The translations under genes were made by a program, and so were the position numbers. DNA of 63,412 nt, counting the filler, from Neoconidiobolus thromboides FSU 785 (lineage: Eukaryota > Fungi > Entomophthoromycota): the NCBI GenBank assembly GCA_025603075.1. It is 6 parts of 6 records of this genome, joined end to end, with 100 filler letters (N's around TTAATTAATTAA, not from the genome) between each part and the next. Parts side by side here need not be neighbours in the genome. Positions count along the whole stretch, not along the records: positions 29,561 to 54,136 come from MU626517.1; 5 more parts are not named here. One strand, given 5' to 3'. Positions 35,570 to 49,999 of the stretch are shown here, piece after piece; positions within the stretch are counted from its first letter, which is position 1, and each line of letters begins with the position of its first letter. The notes under the pieces are model-generated. The model had not been told where the DNA came from. It did no database searches and saw only the letters and a program-made list of their open reading frames with translations.

Positions 35570-38500
35570 ATGTACATCGAAGAGCTAATCATTGATGGTT
35601 TTAAATCGTATGCTACACGTACGCATATCACAGGATGGGATCGTCAATTCAACGCTATTACAGGTTTAAATGGATCCGGGAAAAGCAATATCTTAGACGC
35701 CATTTGTTTTGTTTTAGGAATCACTAACTTGTCACATGTAAGATCAAAACATTGAAAAATCTGATAAAGAAATAATTAGTTTTTAAAAAAAGGTACGTGC
35801 CAATAGTCTTCAAGATTTGGTTTACAAGAGAGGGCAAGCAGGCATTTCAAAAGCCTCAGTTACGATTGTGTTTAATAATAGTGATACAAAGAATAGCCCA
35901 GTAGGATATGAAGAGTATCAGCAGATTACTGTGACTCGACAGGTAATTTTAATCGAAACCAAGTTTAATAAATCAAAATTTAAAGTTTACAATCAGATTC
36001 TAATTGGCGGTAGAAACAAATATTTGATCAATGGCCACAATGCACAGCAACAAACATTAGCCAATTTATTTCAATCTGTTCAACTGAATGTTAATAATCC
36101 TCATTTTTTAATCATGCAAGGGAAGATCACCAAGGTGTTGAATATGAAACCTCCAGAGATATTAGCAATGATACAAGAAGCAGCTGGTACTAGAATGTTT
36201 GAAGAGAAAAAAGAGAAAGCTCTAAAAACCATTGCTAAAAAAGAAGTCAAATTAGCTGAGATTCAGACGGTAAAATATAATGTATATAAAACATATATGA
36301 CATTAATATGTTGTTTAGTTATTAGATGAAGAGATAACGCCCAAGTTAAATCAACTTCGACAAGAAAAAGCGACTTATTTGCAATATCAAACGGTGCAAA
36401 TCGAAATGGACCAGAAAAATAAACTTATGGTAGCATTCAAGTATCATAAAAATGAAGTAAAAGAATAGCTAAAAAAGCCAAGTTAAAGTATTTATCGTTT
36501 TTTTTAGATGAAGATGAAATCAAGTGGGATGGATTTCGATGATAAAAAAGGCAAGATTATACAAATTGAAAATAGAATTGAACAAACTCAGAGGGAGATC
36601 TCTACCATTGAAGAAGAAATTTCTCGTATTCAGGAAACCAGGGTAAGGTAGATATGATTGTATAAGTATTAATAAATTGAGCTTTCGTAGGTCAAAGGAG
36701 AAAACGTAGAAAAATTAGAAAAAGTAATAAAAGAGAAAACAAAGTCCATAACTATTCATAAAGCTGAGTTAGATAATGTATCAAAAAATTTAAATGAAGA
36801 GATGGACAATTTGAAATCTAACAAAAGAAATCAAGAAGAGGTAATAAAATTGATACATCTTTTAATAGTGGTATTGAACTCCTTTTAGCTTATAAAAAGC
36901 ATTGAAAAGCATATCGAAAGCAATAAAGAATTACAAAAAAGGTTTAAAATGAAAGAAGAGGAATTCCGTCGAGAAGAAAATGAACTACAAAGATCAGAGG
37001 AGCTTTTACAATCCTTAACCACCGGTATCTCAGCCAAAGAAGGCCATAAATTGGACTATCATACTCAAATACAGAGTAAGTTATTACACAAAGATAAGTA
37101 CAAGTTTACTAGATGATACTTTAATTTAGCTACAAAAAAAGAAAAGGCAAAGTATAGTACAGAAATAGAAAAGTTAAGGCTTCAAATAGAGCACTTAGCG
37201 AAAGAAAATAAAAGGTTAAAGCAGAGGAGGAATGATATGATCGATGAAAATCATGAGCAAAATAGTACAAGAAATAAGGCACAGCAAGAGTTAACAGTTT
37301 TGGAAGTAAGTCAATATAAAAATTATATCGCGTTAAAACATTAATGTAATAATTTTTCAGGATAAAATTGAACAATTAGGTTACGATCCTCAAAAGCAGC
37401 ATGAGTATAGTCAATTAGCCAGTGAACTTTCCAAAAAGATCAAAGAAGCCAATGAAAGCAAGCAGATCAAAATAGCAGAACGTGGGAATTTAGAGTTTAA
37501 ATATAGTGATCCTTATCCCAATTTTGATCGTAGCAAAGTTAAAGGATTGGTAGCTGAATTGTTTAGTTTAGATGATAAACAGTATGCTACCGCTTTAGAA
37601 ATTTGTGCGGGTGGTAAGTTGTATAACGTAAGTGGATAAGTTGATTACTTTAACATGTAAATTAATAGTATTAGGTTATTGTAGATGATTCTTCAACCGG
37701 GGCTGATTTACTTAAGAATGGCAATTTGAGATCTAGAGTTACCATTATTCCTCTTAATAAGATTTCAACTTTTAAACTTTCTGCTGAGGTAAATAACTAC
37801 AACAATAATACCAAGCTGCGCCTAAATTGATTTATATAATTAGAAAATTGCTACTTCAAATAGAATAGCTCCAGGTCAAGTGAATCTAGCATTAAGCTTA
37901 GTAGGGTATAAGAATGAACTAGAAAAGGCCATGGAGTACGTTTTTGGATCCACTTTGATTTGTGATAGTAATTTAATATATACACAATTAAATATAATAA
38001 TAATAATAATGGATAGCACCAAATGTCTCACGCGAAATCTCTTCAGTAAAAAGGATAGCGAAATCAGTGACCATTGAAGGAGATGTTTATGATCCTTCAG
38101 GCACTTTACAGGGTGGAGCTAAACCTACAGTATCTGGGATTATTGAATCATTTGCAGCAATCCAAGAAATCAATAAACAATTAAGTAGTTTAACAGAGAA
38201 TCGATTTAAGATTATGAAAAAAGTGGAATCGATGGCTCATTTAGCTAACGAGTATCATCAACTTAAAAAAAAGGTTGATTTGAAGAAACATGAAATTGAG
38301 TTGTTGGATCAAAGATTGGCCAATAGTTCTTATAATCAAGTACAAATCGAATTGGAAGCGAATGAAAAGAACTTAATAGAAGCTGAAGGACAAATTGGCA
38401 AATGTGAAGCAAAGGTTAAGGAGTTAGATGATCATCTTTTATCATTAGAAAAGGAAATGAGCGACTTTAAAGATAACAAGAGTTTAAAGTTGGAAGAGTT

Positions 38501-40065
38501 GGAGGTAAATATTGATAATATAATATATCAACATTATTTATATTCGTTATTGCCATTATTGTTTTAGAGCAAAATCAAACAACTAAAAAAAGGAATAGCA
38601 GCTAAAAAAACAACTTTTAAATCCATTCAATTTGAAGTTAATTCTAAAGAAAAAGAATTGGGTAATTGTAAGATTAATCACATAAAATAAGCTAAAGTAT
38701 TTTTTTAGAATTAATGAAAGCGGATTTAGAAAATGTTCAAGAGAGCTTCGAAAGTATTGAAAAGAACATAAAGAAATTAAAGAACAGCCATGAAGTTATA
38801 AAAAATGAATACATTTCTGATAAGGTAATTATTAAATAGCAATTGGATAATAACCCAACAATAATCAAATAACAATTGAATCATAATAAATTAATAATTA
38901 AAATAGAATGAATTAGCAACCCTTAAAGAAAGTATGGATATATTAATTTTAGAACAAAGGAAAGAAGATAAAGAAATCAATGATCTGATCAAGGTGAAAC
39001 AGAATAAAAATAAGGATTGCAACGAGAACAAATTACAATTGCAAAAGCTACAGCATGAGATTGAAAGATTTGAAAAGGACATTATTGAGGCTGAACGTAT
39101 TGTTAAAGCATTAGAAAGAGAACATGAGTGGATTAGTGAGTATAAAAGGTAGATTATTGATATCGATATTGATAATTGAACGTAATCAACTTTATTATAA
39201 TTATTGTTTTTTAGTACTTTTGGACAAAGCGGAACTGATTTTGATTTTCAAAAACATGATATTCGACAGGTTGAAATACGATTACAAAGTTTGGAAAAAG
39301 AACACGAGGTTTTAAGGAGAAAAATTAATCTTAAAGTTATGACTTTAATTGACAGGTAAATATATGTTATCTATAATTTTAATGAAATAAGTTAATATTA
39401 AAAATTATTTTAGTCAAGAAAAGAAAGAAAGTGAGCTCAAAAGTATGTTAAATCGAGTCAAAAAAGATAAAATTACAATAGAAAATTCGATTCAAACGTT
39501 AGATAATTTTAAAAAGGAAGCTTTATCCAGAACTTGGGAAAAGGTGGATAAGTAAGTTTTACAACTAAAAGGTTATATTTTTTATTTAATTTTATTTATT
39601 TAATAAGTGATTTCGGGCTTATATTCTCCGATTTATTACCAGGAAATGGAGCCAAACTTATACCACCAGAAGGAAAGGAATTAAAAGATGGATTAGAAGT
39701 AAGAGTAAATTTGGGAGGTGTATGGAAACACTCATTAACTGAATTATCTGGGGGGCAAAGGTCTCTTATTGCCTTATCTCTTATTTTAGCTCTATTGCAG
39801 TTCAAACCAGCCCCAATGTATATCTTAGATGAGATTGATGCTGCTTTGGATTTATCTCATACTCAAAACATTGGTCAGTTATTGAGGACTAGATTTAAGG
39901 CTTCCCAATTTATCATTGTTTCTCTGAAGGATGGCATGTTTAACAATGCCAATGTACTATTCAAGGCTAAGTTTAGGGATGGAATTTCATTAGTTGAGGT
40001 AAGATTATTGTTATTTTGTATTGGCTAAAGTTTAACTTTTTTAGAGAGTGGCTGCTCGCAGATAA
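35570..40065 (+). CDS. SMC2: Condensin subunit SMC2; more than a dozen short introns
   Basis: [18 protein letters not shown], Walker [22 protein letters not shown], hinge [11 protein letters not shown]...[13 protein letters not shown], signature LSGGQRSL, Walker [10 protein letters not shown]; last exon RVAARR*. Confidence 0.95.
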
Positions 40066-40398
40066 TTATATTAGAGTGGGGCTATAGCGCAGCTTTATGG
40101 CGTCACAAAGGCTGCTTGTTTAAAAAATTAGCATGGTTTTTAATTCAAATTAAATACTATAATGCATTGTATGATCATCCAAAATTATGAATTTAACTAT
40201 TGTCTTTTAATTTCTTGTTAATTTATCAATAATGACCCATATACTAGTTTATCGTTTACAATATTTAATAAATGAAATAAGCTGTTTAAAAGATGTTGTA
40301 TAAGTACTTACTTTAGTAGTTGTTATTTTATTTCTATCACTTTAATAAACGTATGTGACGCAAACTAAATCCAACACAATCTTTTTCAAAATTTTATT

Positions 40399-41310
40399 TT
40401 AAACCTTGCTAGCAATATAAATTGCTGCCTTACAACCTGTTTGAATTACAGCAGTTAATACTGAATGTAAAGGAGCCTAATAAAAAAAGGCAAAAGTCAA
40501 AAAATACAATATAATCGTTAAAATTATTTTACCTTCTGAGCATCATGATCAATTGCTGTTTCCAAGTGCTCTAACTCATCGTCTCTAAATTGTTTAATTG
40601 TCTATTTTAAAAAACTTAATAAAAACTCATAACTCGTATTCAATTTTAGTCCTTACCTTCCTCATTTCTTTCATCTCTTCTGTTTTAATTTCCGCCAAGT
40701 CTCTTAACTGACTATGGTTTAAAAAATGTTAACCTCTTATAAATTTAAAATAGATCAATGTTTCTGTAATCCACTTACTCATTATAATGCTCTCCAATCA
40801 CTGTTTCCACTGCTTCGGTACAAGCCATTGCTGCCTCTTTGCCCATACTTGCGGTTACATAACCAAGGGTAAAGCCTGCCAACTCCCATAATGGGGTAAG
40901 TGCGGTAGGACGTACTTTATAGTCACCAATTAAAGAGTTGAATTTAGATAAATGAAGCTTCTCTTGGTCCCACATGTGCTGTTATGAACAAGAAAAGTTA
41001 GCCTTAGGTATAATTATTTAAATTAGTTAATTAGAATTACCTTTATCAAAGGCTCTAATTTTGGGTCATTTTTAAAAACTTGATATTGACCCATATATAT
41101 ATAATTAGCTCCGATTTCTCCTGCTTGGTTGACTCTTAACATAGGTTTTAACATCTCTAGTTCTGCTGGAGTTAAGGATCTCTTTTCAATGGTCTCAGAG
41201 TTGGCTTGGTTTAAATTTCTGTATGTTGTAGATAAACTTTGTCTTATACACGTTGAATGAGTGAGCTTCTTTAGTATGACTTGAGTGCTTTTTGGTTTCG
41301 ATATTGTCAT
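40399..41310 (-). CDS. COQ7: 5-demethoxyubiquinone hydroxylase; multi-exon
   Basis: [60 protein letters not shown]; last exon [25 protein letters not shown]. Confidence 0.93.
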
Positions 41311-41870
41311 TTTGCAGTTTGATTTTTTTATAAGATATTGATAATAATGATTTTTCGATTTTTATAAATTTTCTATGATTTCATCTGATAAAATAATTTT
41401 ACTAAACAATTGAGATTGATCAAAAAGAACGATAAAATCACTACGAATTTTTTTTGGTTTTAGAAAGTTTAACCATAAGCTAAGGAGAAATTTACTATGG
41501 CGTTTTATGCTGGTTTTTATGGCGTATTAGAGACTCATGTGGCTATAAAGTGAGCATTTTATAAATAATCATAGTAAAAATTATAAAATCTTGTAAATTA
41601 TTATATTATATTATATAGCAATAAAGACAATGTTTTATCAATGAAAATAAATAAAAAGTATAAATTATATTTATAATGTTCAAGTTTTTGATGTTTAATT
41701 TTATTTCATTGCAAGCATTGATATTTCCTATTTTATTTTATAAAAAGCAACGGAAAAAACACTTGACATCATTGGTTCAAAAATAGCTCCTCGCTTGGCG
41801 TACCAATTTAGTTTCAAAAAACAAACAAAAAGGAGCATCATTCTTTTGATTTTTTAAACATATAACAACA

Positions 41871-44362
41871 ATGAACGATCCACTACAATCTACAACCAAT
41901 GATACATTATACGATGAAAGCCGTCTCAGTTATGCAGACGTAACCAAACTAAACTCAACATTAGAGCCTGAACTAGACATTTCATTTAACATCAACGCTA
42001 ATATATCACCTGAAATCAATCAACAAATTTTAGGAGAGGATCCTTGGAACACGGAAGATAATAACGCTGTAAATATTAATGGCATATTTGGTAATTAATT
42101 AAAAATCATTAATTGATTGATTGGTTTATTAACTTTATTTCAGCCAATGTTAATCTACCGCTTTCTTTTGAGCGTACATTTAAGATGGCTTTACCTGATG
42201 AAGAAAACCAGATTACGGTAGCTGCCCTGGATAAGATCATTTCCTCTTGTGGGTTGCCGAAAGTTGTTTCTAACAAGGTAAAAATTGAATGGAGATTATT
42301 GAAGTTAATTTATAGTAATTATGTTTTATTAGATCTTGTTTTTGGTTTTAGGAATGAATCAAACACATATTTCTAAAACTGAGTTATTTGTGATTTTGGG
42401 GTTAATTGGTTTAGCACAAAAAAATATGGGTATTTAATCATAGCTACGTTAAGTTTTTTGACTTATCTTTTAATTAGATGTTACGATTGAGAACCTTGAG
42501 TTGTATAAAAACGGTATTTTATGTTTAAGTCAGTAAGTTCAAAACTAAATAATGTTATACCTAGATTTACCTGAACCATCTCTATCAGGTCTTGAAAATA
42601 TCAATTTCCATTCTTTACGTAAGCAGAGACAGAAAAGTGATAATATGAATGATCCATGGAGAACAAGTCAAAGAGTTAGTAAAATAAAAGCGGAAGAAAA
42701 AGGAGGATCTATATCGTCTGTTGGGACATCAACTAAAGTAGGTACCAATAAATCAAAGTTGGGTGTGGATGATATACCTACCATAGGTGAAGATAGTGTA
42801 ACTATTAAAGAAAGTAAGGAGATGGGAGGAATAATTTTTAAGTTTGTGAATTACATTGTCACATCAAAGGTAATAATATTAATATATAACAGTATAATCA
42901 TTGGTTTAATTACATATTTTTAATTAGGTACGGAATTGCTCAGTGATAAGAAGGTATTCTGATTTTTATTGGCTGAATGAGTTATTGTATAAAAGGTACC
43001 CTTATCGTATGTTGCCCATCTTGCCGCCTAAGAAATTCGGAGGTAATGAAATTTGAGAAAATTAAGCGTAAAGATAGTAATATATGTTTAGGAAATAAAG
43101 CGTTTTTTGATGAAAGGAAGATTGGTTTGAATAGATACATTAATTTTTTGGTGGTCCACCCAGTGTTAAAAGATGATTCTATGCTAAACGTATTTTTAAC
43201 AGAGCCCGTGGTAATATTGTCTAGGGATATATAAACGTTTGCTAATACTATCTAGGAAATCACTACATATCGAGCTGAGAATACAGTACACACCTTTGAA
43301 GAGTTTAAATTTACAAGATTCAATTTTGATACTTACAATCTAGATGATCAACTGATTTTGCAACGTAAAGAAAGGGCAAAGAAAGAATTGGAGTTAGCTA
43401 TTAAGCAGTATGATAAAATTTGCTTAGCGCTTAAAAGAATTACTCTTAGGCAGCAAGGTATTTATTGATGGTATTAAATTAATAATTATTAAGATTACTG
43501 TTTTTACTAGCATCTGGAAAGGACTATGTTTTGTTAAGTCAGGCTTTAAGGTAAAAATTTAAGTTACAAATTAAACAAATATTAAAATAAGAATCAGTTC
43601 ATTAGCAGATTATGAATCTAGATCTTTTGAGAATGATCCACTAAATTTAGTCCCTATCTTTAATCAATACAATGAAGTAGCTACTTATTTTGATAAGGCT
43701 GGGATAATATTGATCAATGACGTAATTTAATATATTTTATTTTATTAGTTAGTTTATAATTTATTTTAGGCAGAAACGTTAGATAATGAAGCATTAGAAG
43801 GATTTAGAATACATCATTTGCATTTAATTGCATTAAAAGTAATATTAGCTACTGAAGTTTGACTTATATCAAGTATTTATATTAAATCTTAGGAACTGAT
43901 TGAGAGAGTTGATAGTAAGAGAGAAGTAACAATTGAAGAAATTAAGGAGCGTATTCATACTCAACAAATAGTAGTAGATTCTTTACCAAATGATCCAACT
44001 CACCAAATTGAAGCACAAAGAATTCAAAATTTAATAAATTCAGTAAGAAAATATACTAGTATTAAATGAATTAATAATAATAATCAAAATAGGATGAAAA
44101 GGAATTACAAGAACAGGAGAAAAGAGTAGTGTTTATAAATTATTGTTTGATAAGTGAATTTGATTATTTTCACAGCAAACATTCACAGATGCTAGCTAAT
44201 TATCAACAATTAGCAAATCTAGAATTGACTCATCATACTCAATTGTCTAGGGTTTGGAAGAACGTGGCTAATATTGTGGATTTATTACCTAATTGCATTC
44301 CACCTAAACAAAATGAAGAATCTCCTAAATCAAAAAATTCGATTTTAAATGATGGGGAGTAA
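41871..44362 (+). CDS. MVP1: Sorting nexin Mvp1/SNX8 (PX-BAR); multi-exon
   Basis: [12 protein letters not shown], spliced [52 protein letters not shown], then a coiled-coil BAR-like C-terminus. Confidence 0.82.
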
Positions 44363-44652
44363 TTTATACTACATTACTTTAATTTTGAGCTTAAGCTTAG
44401 TTTGTTGATTCAATTTTATTAATTTATCCTTATCTTTGCAATTTGATTGTTATAAATTAAATTTATTTTATATTTTATAATTATGTTGTCTATCTTTTAT
44501 ATTATTATTTTATATTTAGTTGTATTTTGATATCATCAAAGTATAAATTATTAAGTATAAATTATTTAAAAATTTGTTTGAAATTTATTTAAAATCATAA
44601 ATTAGAAATATAAAATGTAAGAATAAGATATAAAGCACTTTTTTAAAAGTGA

Positions 44653-47600
44653 TTATTTATGTTGAGACAATGAGGCAATATTTTCAGCACCGACCATAGT
44701 ACGTTCTGAATTGACTGATTGTTCAGGTCCAGAAGTATAAGAAGCGGGATCAATATAAGAGATATCATCCCAAGGATGACGATAAAGACCTTGTTTCAAT
44801 CTCTTTTGATCTAAGAAATGACCAATGAAACCAATAGATCTACCAAGTACAAATAAGCCATTAAGGGCTCCAATTTTAATATATTCATCTGCTTCATTGG
44901 CTGTGAAAGCACCTGAAAATCTTAAAAGGTCTACAAAAGTAGCTGCTACTGCACCATCCACATTTAAGATCAAATTATCTTTTTTAGCAGTGGTAACTTG
45001 CTCAACGGCTAATGCAAAATCTAAGATAGGAGTAGATGGGAAGTGCTCTTTAGCAAACCTCTTAACAATTTCTACACGAAGATCGGGGTTATTACGGGAT
45101 TTGATACGATGTCCAATACCCATAATCAACTTGTTTTGTTTACGCATGGAACTTACAAATTCTCTAGCTGAAAGTCCTTGATCATAAGCTTCAGCGAACA
45201 TTTCAGCTGATGCATCCAAAGCACCTCCGAAACGTGGACCAATGGTAAGAAGACCTGTGCAAAGAGAAGAGACTAAATCTTTACCTGCACGTGCAGTAAC
45301 AATAGTATTATGGGCACCGGATACAGCTGGCCCATGATCGGCAGTAAGCATTAATACCATTTCAATAAATTGACAAGCATAAGCTGGTAAGCGACGCTTA
45401 AACCAAAGTAAACTTAAAACACCACCAATACCAATCTCTTCTTTAAATACATCACTGATCCTCATACCAGCATAAAGAAGTTCTTGGCCACGATCATCTG
45501 AGATAGTAGATACAAAAGCAGCTGGTTTACGGACGAGACCAAGCTCTACAGCCCATGAATAATCAATTGGAATCTTTGGAGTTTCTGGTTCTGGACGTGG
45601 TTTAATGACACCTCCTTGAACTAATAAACGATAAGTTTCATCTAAAGATTTTGGTAATTCTTCAAAGGTTTGAGGTACAATAGCCCCAGCTTCACGTAAT
45701 GCTCTGTTCTTAGCATCAGCTGTTTCTAAATCGGAGTTGGCCATTGAACCAGCATGTCCAAATTGTACATCAGTTTGGAACATCTTGGCACAAGTGCCAA
45801 TACACCATGCAATTACTGGCTTGGTAATACGTCCATCTTTAATAGCTTCACATACTTTGTATTCTTCTACACCACCAACTTCACCAAGTAAAACTAACAT
45901 TTTACATTCTGGGTCTTGTTGGTAACGAAGTAAATGATCAATGAAGGTAGTACCAGGATAACGATCACCTCCAATAGCGATACCTTCATACACACCATCA
46001 GTAGTAAGAGAAATAATATTATTAAGTTCATTGGACATACCGCCGGATTTAGAAACATAAGCTACTGAGCCAGCGCGATGTAATTTGGAGCTAACAATGT
46101 TGTCCATCATACCACCAGTATTTCCAATCTTGAAACAGCCCGGCTTAATACCACCTACGGTTGCTGGACCAATGATTAAAACATCTTCTTGTTTTGCTTT
46201 CCATAAAATTTCTCTTGCTCTTCTCTCTGGTACACCTTCTGCAATGATTGCAATTGATTTAATATTCTTTGCATTTTCAAGGATATCCATAGTAGATTCA
46301 TGTACTGAACGACAAGAAGCAAAGTTTACAATGGTATCAACATTGGGGAATTGAGTAGTAGCCTCTTTGAGTGACTTAAAGACTGGGATCATAATCTCTT
46401 TGGTTCCCCAATAAAATTTTTGCATATGATTACCACCGAAAGTGTAGATCATAGCAGCAACTGATGGCTCTTCACGTTTACAAATGAAATCAAAGTCTAG
46501 CATACCTTGAACTGCACGTGGCTGCATACCATAAACAAATGAAGCAGTTTTGTTTGAGAAGGGACGGAAAGCTGAAGCTGAAGCATCTGATGAATTATCA
46601 GTGCTTGATTCAGCTGTAGATTGAGTATTAGTTGCCTCTGTAGTTTTAGAAACATTACCTACAGACTCTTTAATTGGTTGAGTATTTTGTTGAAGTAATT
46701 GAGGGGCAAAATTTTTAATTTCTTGACCTTTAAGTGCTAAAGGAACAATAGCAGTTATATGTGTTTCAGGTCCAAAAACTTGAATATCTAAGCTTAATTC
46801 TTCAGCTAATTGACGAATAGAGCGTAAACCTTCTTGATAATTTGGACCAGCACGACGAACAAAGATACGCACATTATGTTTAATCAATTGATGTTTATAC
46901 TCTTTAAGGGAACGGGAGATTCCTTTAAAGGTAGCTGCTACGTTTGTAAAGTTAGCAATACCACCACCAATAAATAAGATTTTGCCTTCTGGATGAACTC
47001 TATCGGATCTGGTCATTAAATCAAGGATTGTTTTGGAATATTCATAAGTTTGGGTTTCAGAAGGAGCTCCGGAATATTCACCATAATTGGCAAGCTCATT
47101 AGCGTACCCTAAAGCAGCGATAGCATCACTATAAACAACGGAAGCACCACCACCAGCTACCATGGTCCAAATACGACCTTCACGGTTTAAGATGGTAAGT
47201 TTCAAACTTGCACCAGTTTTAGCGTCGAGATCAGCGATATAAGCTTCTTCAGCAGTAAGATCACGACCAAATGGAGCAGGGAATTCCATAGGTGGCCCTT
47301 GGTCAACTCCTTTTACACTACTTGTATGAGCACGAGCAATAGACCATTTTGAACCAGCTTCAAACTCAGCTGTTTGATCAAGCTTAGCAGCAAGATCAAG
47401 ATAATAAACTTGAGGGTGAGCAGTAGGATCAGAAGCTGGCGGGTCGAGTACAACCAAAGGATTGATCTCAAGATAAGTGAAATGGAGATCAACATATACG
47501 GAATAAAGACGTGTAATAAAATTGATAAGCACGTCTTTTTTGGATGAGCTGATATTACCTAAAAGAGCGGCTTCAACTTTTTCTTTGGTTGGAAAGTCTT

Positions 47601-48181
47601 GACCTACAGGAATCATTAAGCGATGAGCTTTTGCGTCCACATCACCAACATCAATACCACCCTCATGGGTGAATAGAATTTCATCACCTTCACGAACAGA
47701 TTGGATACATATATAGTGTTCTGTATCTGCAGCGTGAGGAACAAAAGGTTCTACAACAAATGATTTAAGTGTACCGGTTACAGTATCCACCTTAATTTGA
47801 GGTTAATAAATTAGCTATAAAAATAAATAAAAAATTTACCTTAACTTCTTTACCGGCATATTGAGTAAGCCACTCTTTAACTTGGGCCCAATCGGCATTT
47901 AATAAAAGTAACCCAGACTTACCACGACGTTTAATCAATTGATCTGGTTTTGCTACCAATTTGGTGGTCAAAAGCCATGGATTTTCAGTTTCCATTTCAT
48001 TTAACTTTTGGGCAACAACTGTTGGTAGAGTATCATTGACTTCCTCAATCTTAAATTGGGCAATATGGGTAGGTGGAGGTACAAAGGTAGTATCTAAATC
48101 TTTTATCACTGGAGGAGAGTTTAATAGCCAGTGAGCTAATATTAGTTTGCCATCAAATTCACGGATTGCTTTAGCAGACAT
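44653..48181 (-). CDS. ACL1: ATP-citrate lyase, single fused polypeptide (~1160 aa); one intron 47791-47839
   Basis: [55 protein letters not shown], phospho-His motif [27 protein letters not shown]. Confidence 0.97.
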
Positions 48182-48249
48182 TTTATTTTACAATTAATAA
48201 TAAGTTAGTGTAGGGTAAATCAATTTTTGTCAAAACTTAAACTATTCTG

Positions 48250-48365
48250 TTTATATAGTTATGTGCTTATCTCTATTTTTTGTTGACGTAGAACTTTTTT
48301 GCTTAGGGGAGTAGTGGTGAGCATTAGATTTGTTTTTTATTGGTTACGTTCGTTTTTCGACCAAT
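48250..48365 (-). promoter_or_regulatory. ACL promoter: TATATAAA (48250-48257), TGACGTA (48284-48290), two CCAAT boxes (48339-48343, 48361-48365)
   Basis: Motifs read 70-185 bp upstream of the ATG; function inferred. Confidence 0.4.
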
Positions 48366-49573
48366 GGCTTGAACCTCTTAAACTAACTTTTATTAGGATT
48401 AAGTTGTAAGTGACTACTTCTTAAACGGATGCTTTTAATCCTAAGCTAATAGTTGAAAATGGTACGATTGAATTGATTTGTTATATCCCTAGATCGTGGG
48501 AAAATAGTTGATAACTAAAGTTTAATTCAAAACTTGACCAATCAAATCTAATGAGAGGATGACTCAAAAGTTAATATTATATAATTTTATTATCACAAAA
48601 TAGTATGATGTGTAAGTTATAATCTAAAGGATTTTATTTAAGGATAACATCTAATCGTTTTATCAATTAAGTTTTATCATTTTATTAAGGTGGATAATTG
48701 AATTGAGAATATTTTTAATTTTTTAATTTTAATTTAATCATCTTTAAACCCTCGGATAAATTCTAGCAATTTTAAATTTATTAATAGATAAAATTGCTAA
48801 GATATCATATACATTTTTATAACATATTTCAATTAGTAATTGTAATCCTAACACAATTCAACAAAAAGTATAGCCTAGAGAATTTCTAAGTTTTATCAAT
48901 AATATATTGATTCTATTAAAAAGATATAGCACTGACTACACTTAGGTGTCTTCCTACTTTTGAATTTGTTGTTGATTTCTTATGCAAATTTATTGATTAT
49001 AATGTTTTAATCCTTAAATTTATAAGAAATTAGCAGTAAATTAAAAAGCATAAAAGGTGTCCAAATACAACCAGTGTACTAACAATTAATCAAAATATAA
49101 AGCGAATTTAAACAAGAAAATAAAGATTAAAACAGTTGCTTTAATGAAAGCAGGGAAAGTCAATACTTGGCAATGTATTTGCACAGTTTTATATTCTCAA
49201 TAAAATCCTATTACTTTTTAATAATATTATGCAATAACTTTTGCCCAGTGGAAACACTTTAAAAATATTAACATGAGAAGAAAAGTTAAAATAAATAATA
49301 CAAATGACCTAAGCTTAATAATATAGTGTTACTACATTTAAGTTTTTAATATTGTGAAAATCAAAGTTATTATTATTTAAGATAAGATTGTAAAATTCAC
49401 TTTCATGAATTTTTTTAAAATTTTAACTATAGAATTTATTATCATGCTTTTATTTTCTTTATGAATTTTTATTATAGTATTTTGTAACTACTTGTTTTAA
49501 ACAAACTCTAAATTTTAAAAGAGCTAAAATATATTTCTTACAAAAATCCATAAATATATTCTTACAATAAATG

Positions 49574-49613
49574 ATATTTATATTTATATTTATATTTATA
49601 TTTATATTTATAT
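49574..49613. repeat. (ATATTT)6 microsatellite
   Basis: Six perfect hexamer units plus a partial unit. Confidence 0.85.
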
Positions 49614-49847
49614 GATTTTTGTTTTATCTAAAAGTTATGAAGAAATCTTATAAAAGCACTAATCTGTAGTTTTGTTAAATGTTTTACTATTTAAAAAATA
49701 AAAATTTTGGTGTTGAAAATATGTCAATATAAAACTAAAATCTAAATTTAGTTTTTGGTATTAATTTTAATCAAGATTTTGTTTATTATTAAAAGAATTA
49801 ATTTTTATGCTTATTATATACATTAAGATTCAAACTAGTATAACATA

Positions 49848-49943
49848 TGGGGATGTATTTTTGTATTTAAGAATTTTACTAACAATTTTTCCACGAAATA
49901 GCACAAAGATGGAAAAAGTAATGAAGCCAAAAAAACATAATCA
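49848..49943 (+). mobile_element. MITE copy (A), left arm of the inverted twin
   Basis: TA|TGGGGATGTATTTTTG...GAAATAGCACAAAGATGG...CATAATCA|TA. Confidence 0.9.
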
Positions 49944-49999
49944 TATTCTTTAGTTACTTTTTTATGTCATGTTTAATCTAATTTAAAAAAAAATTCATA

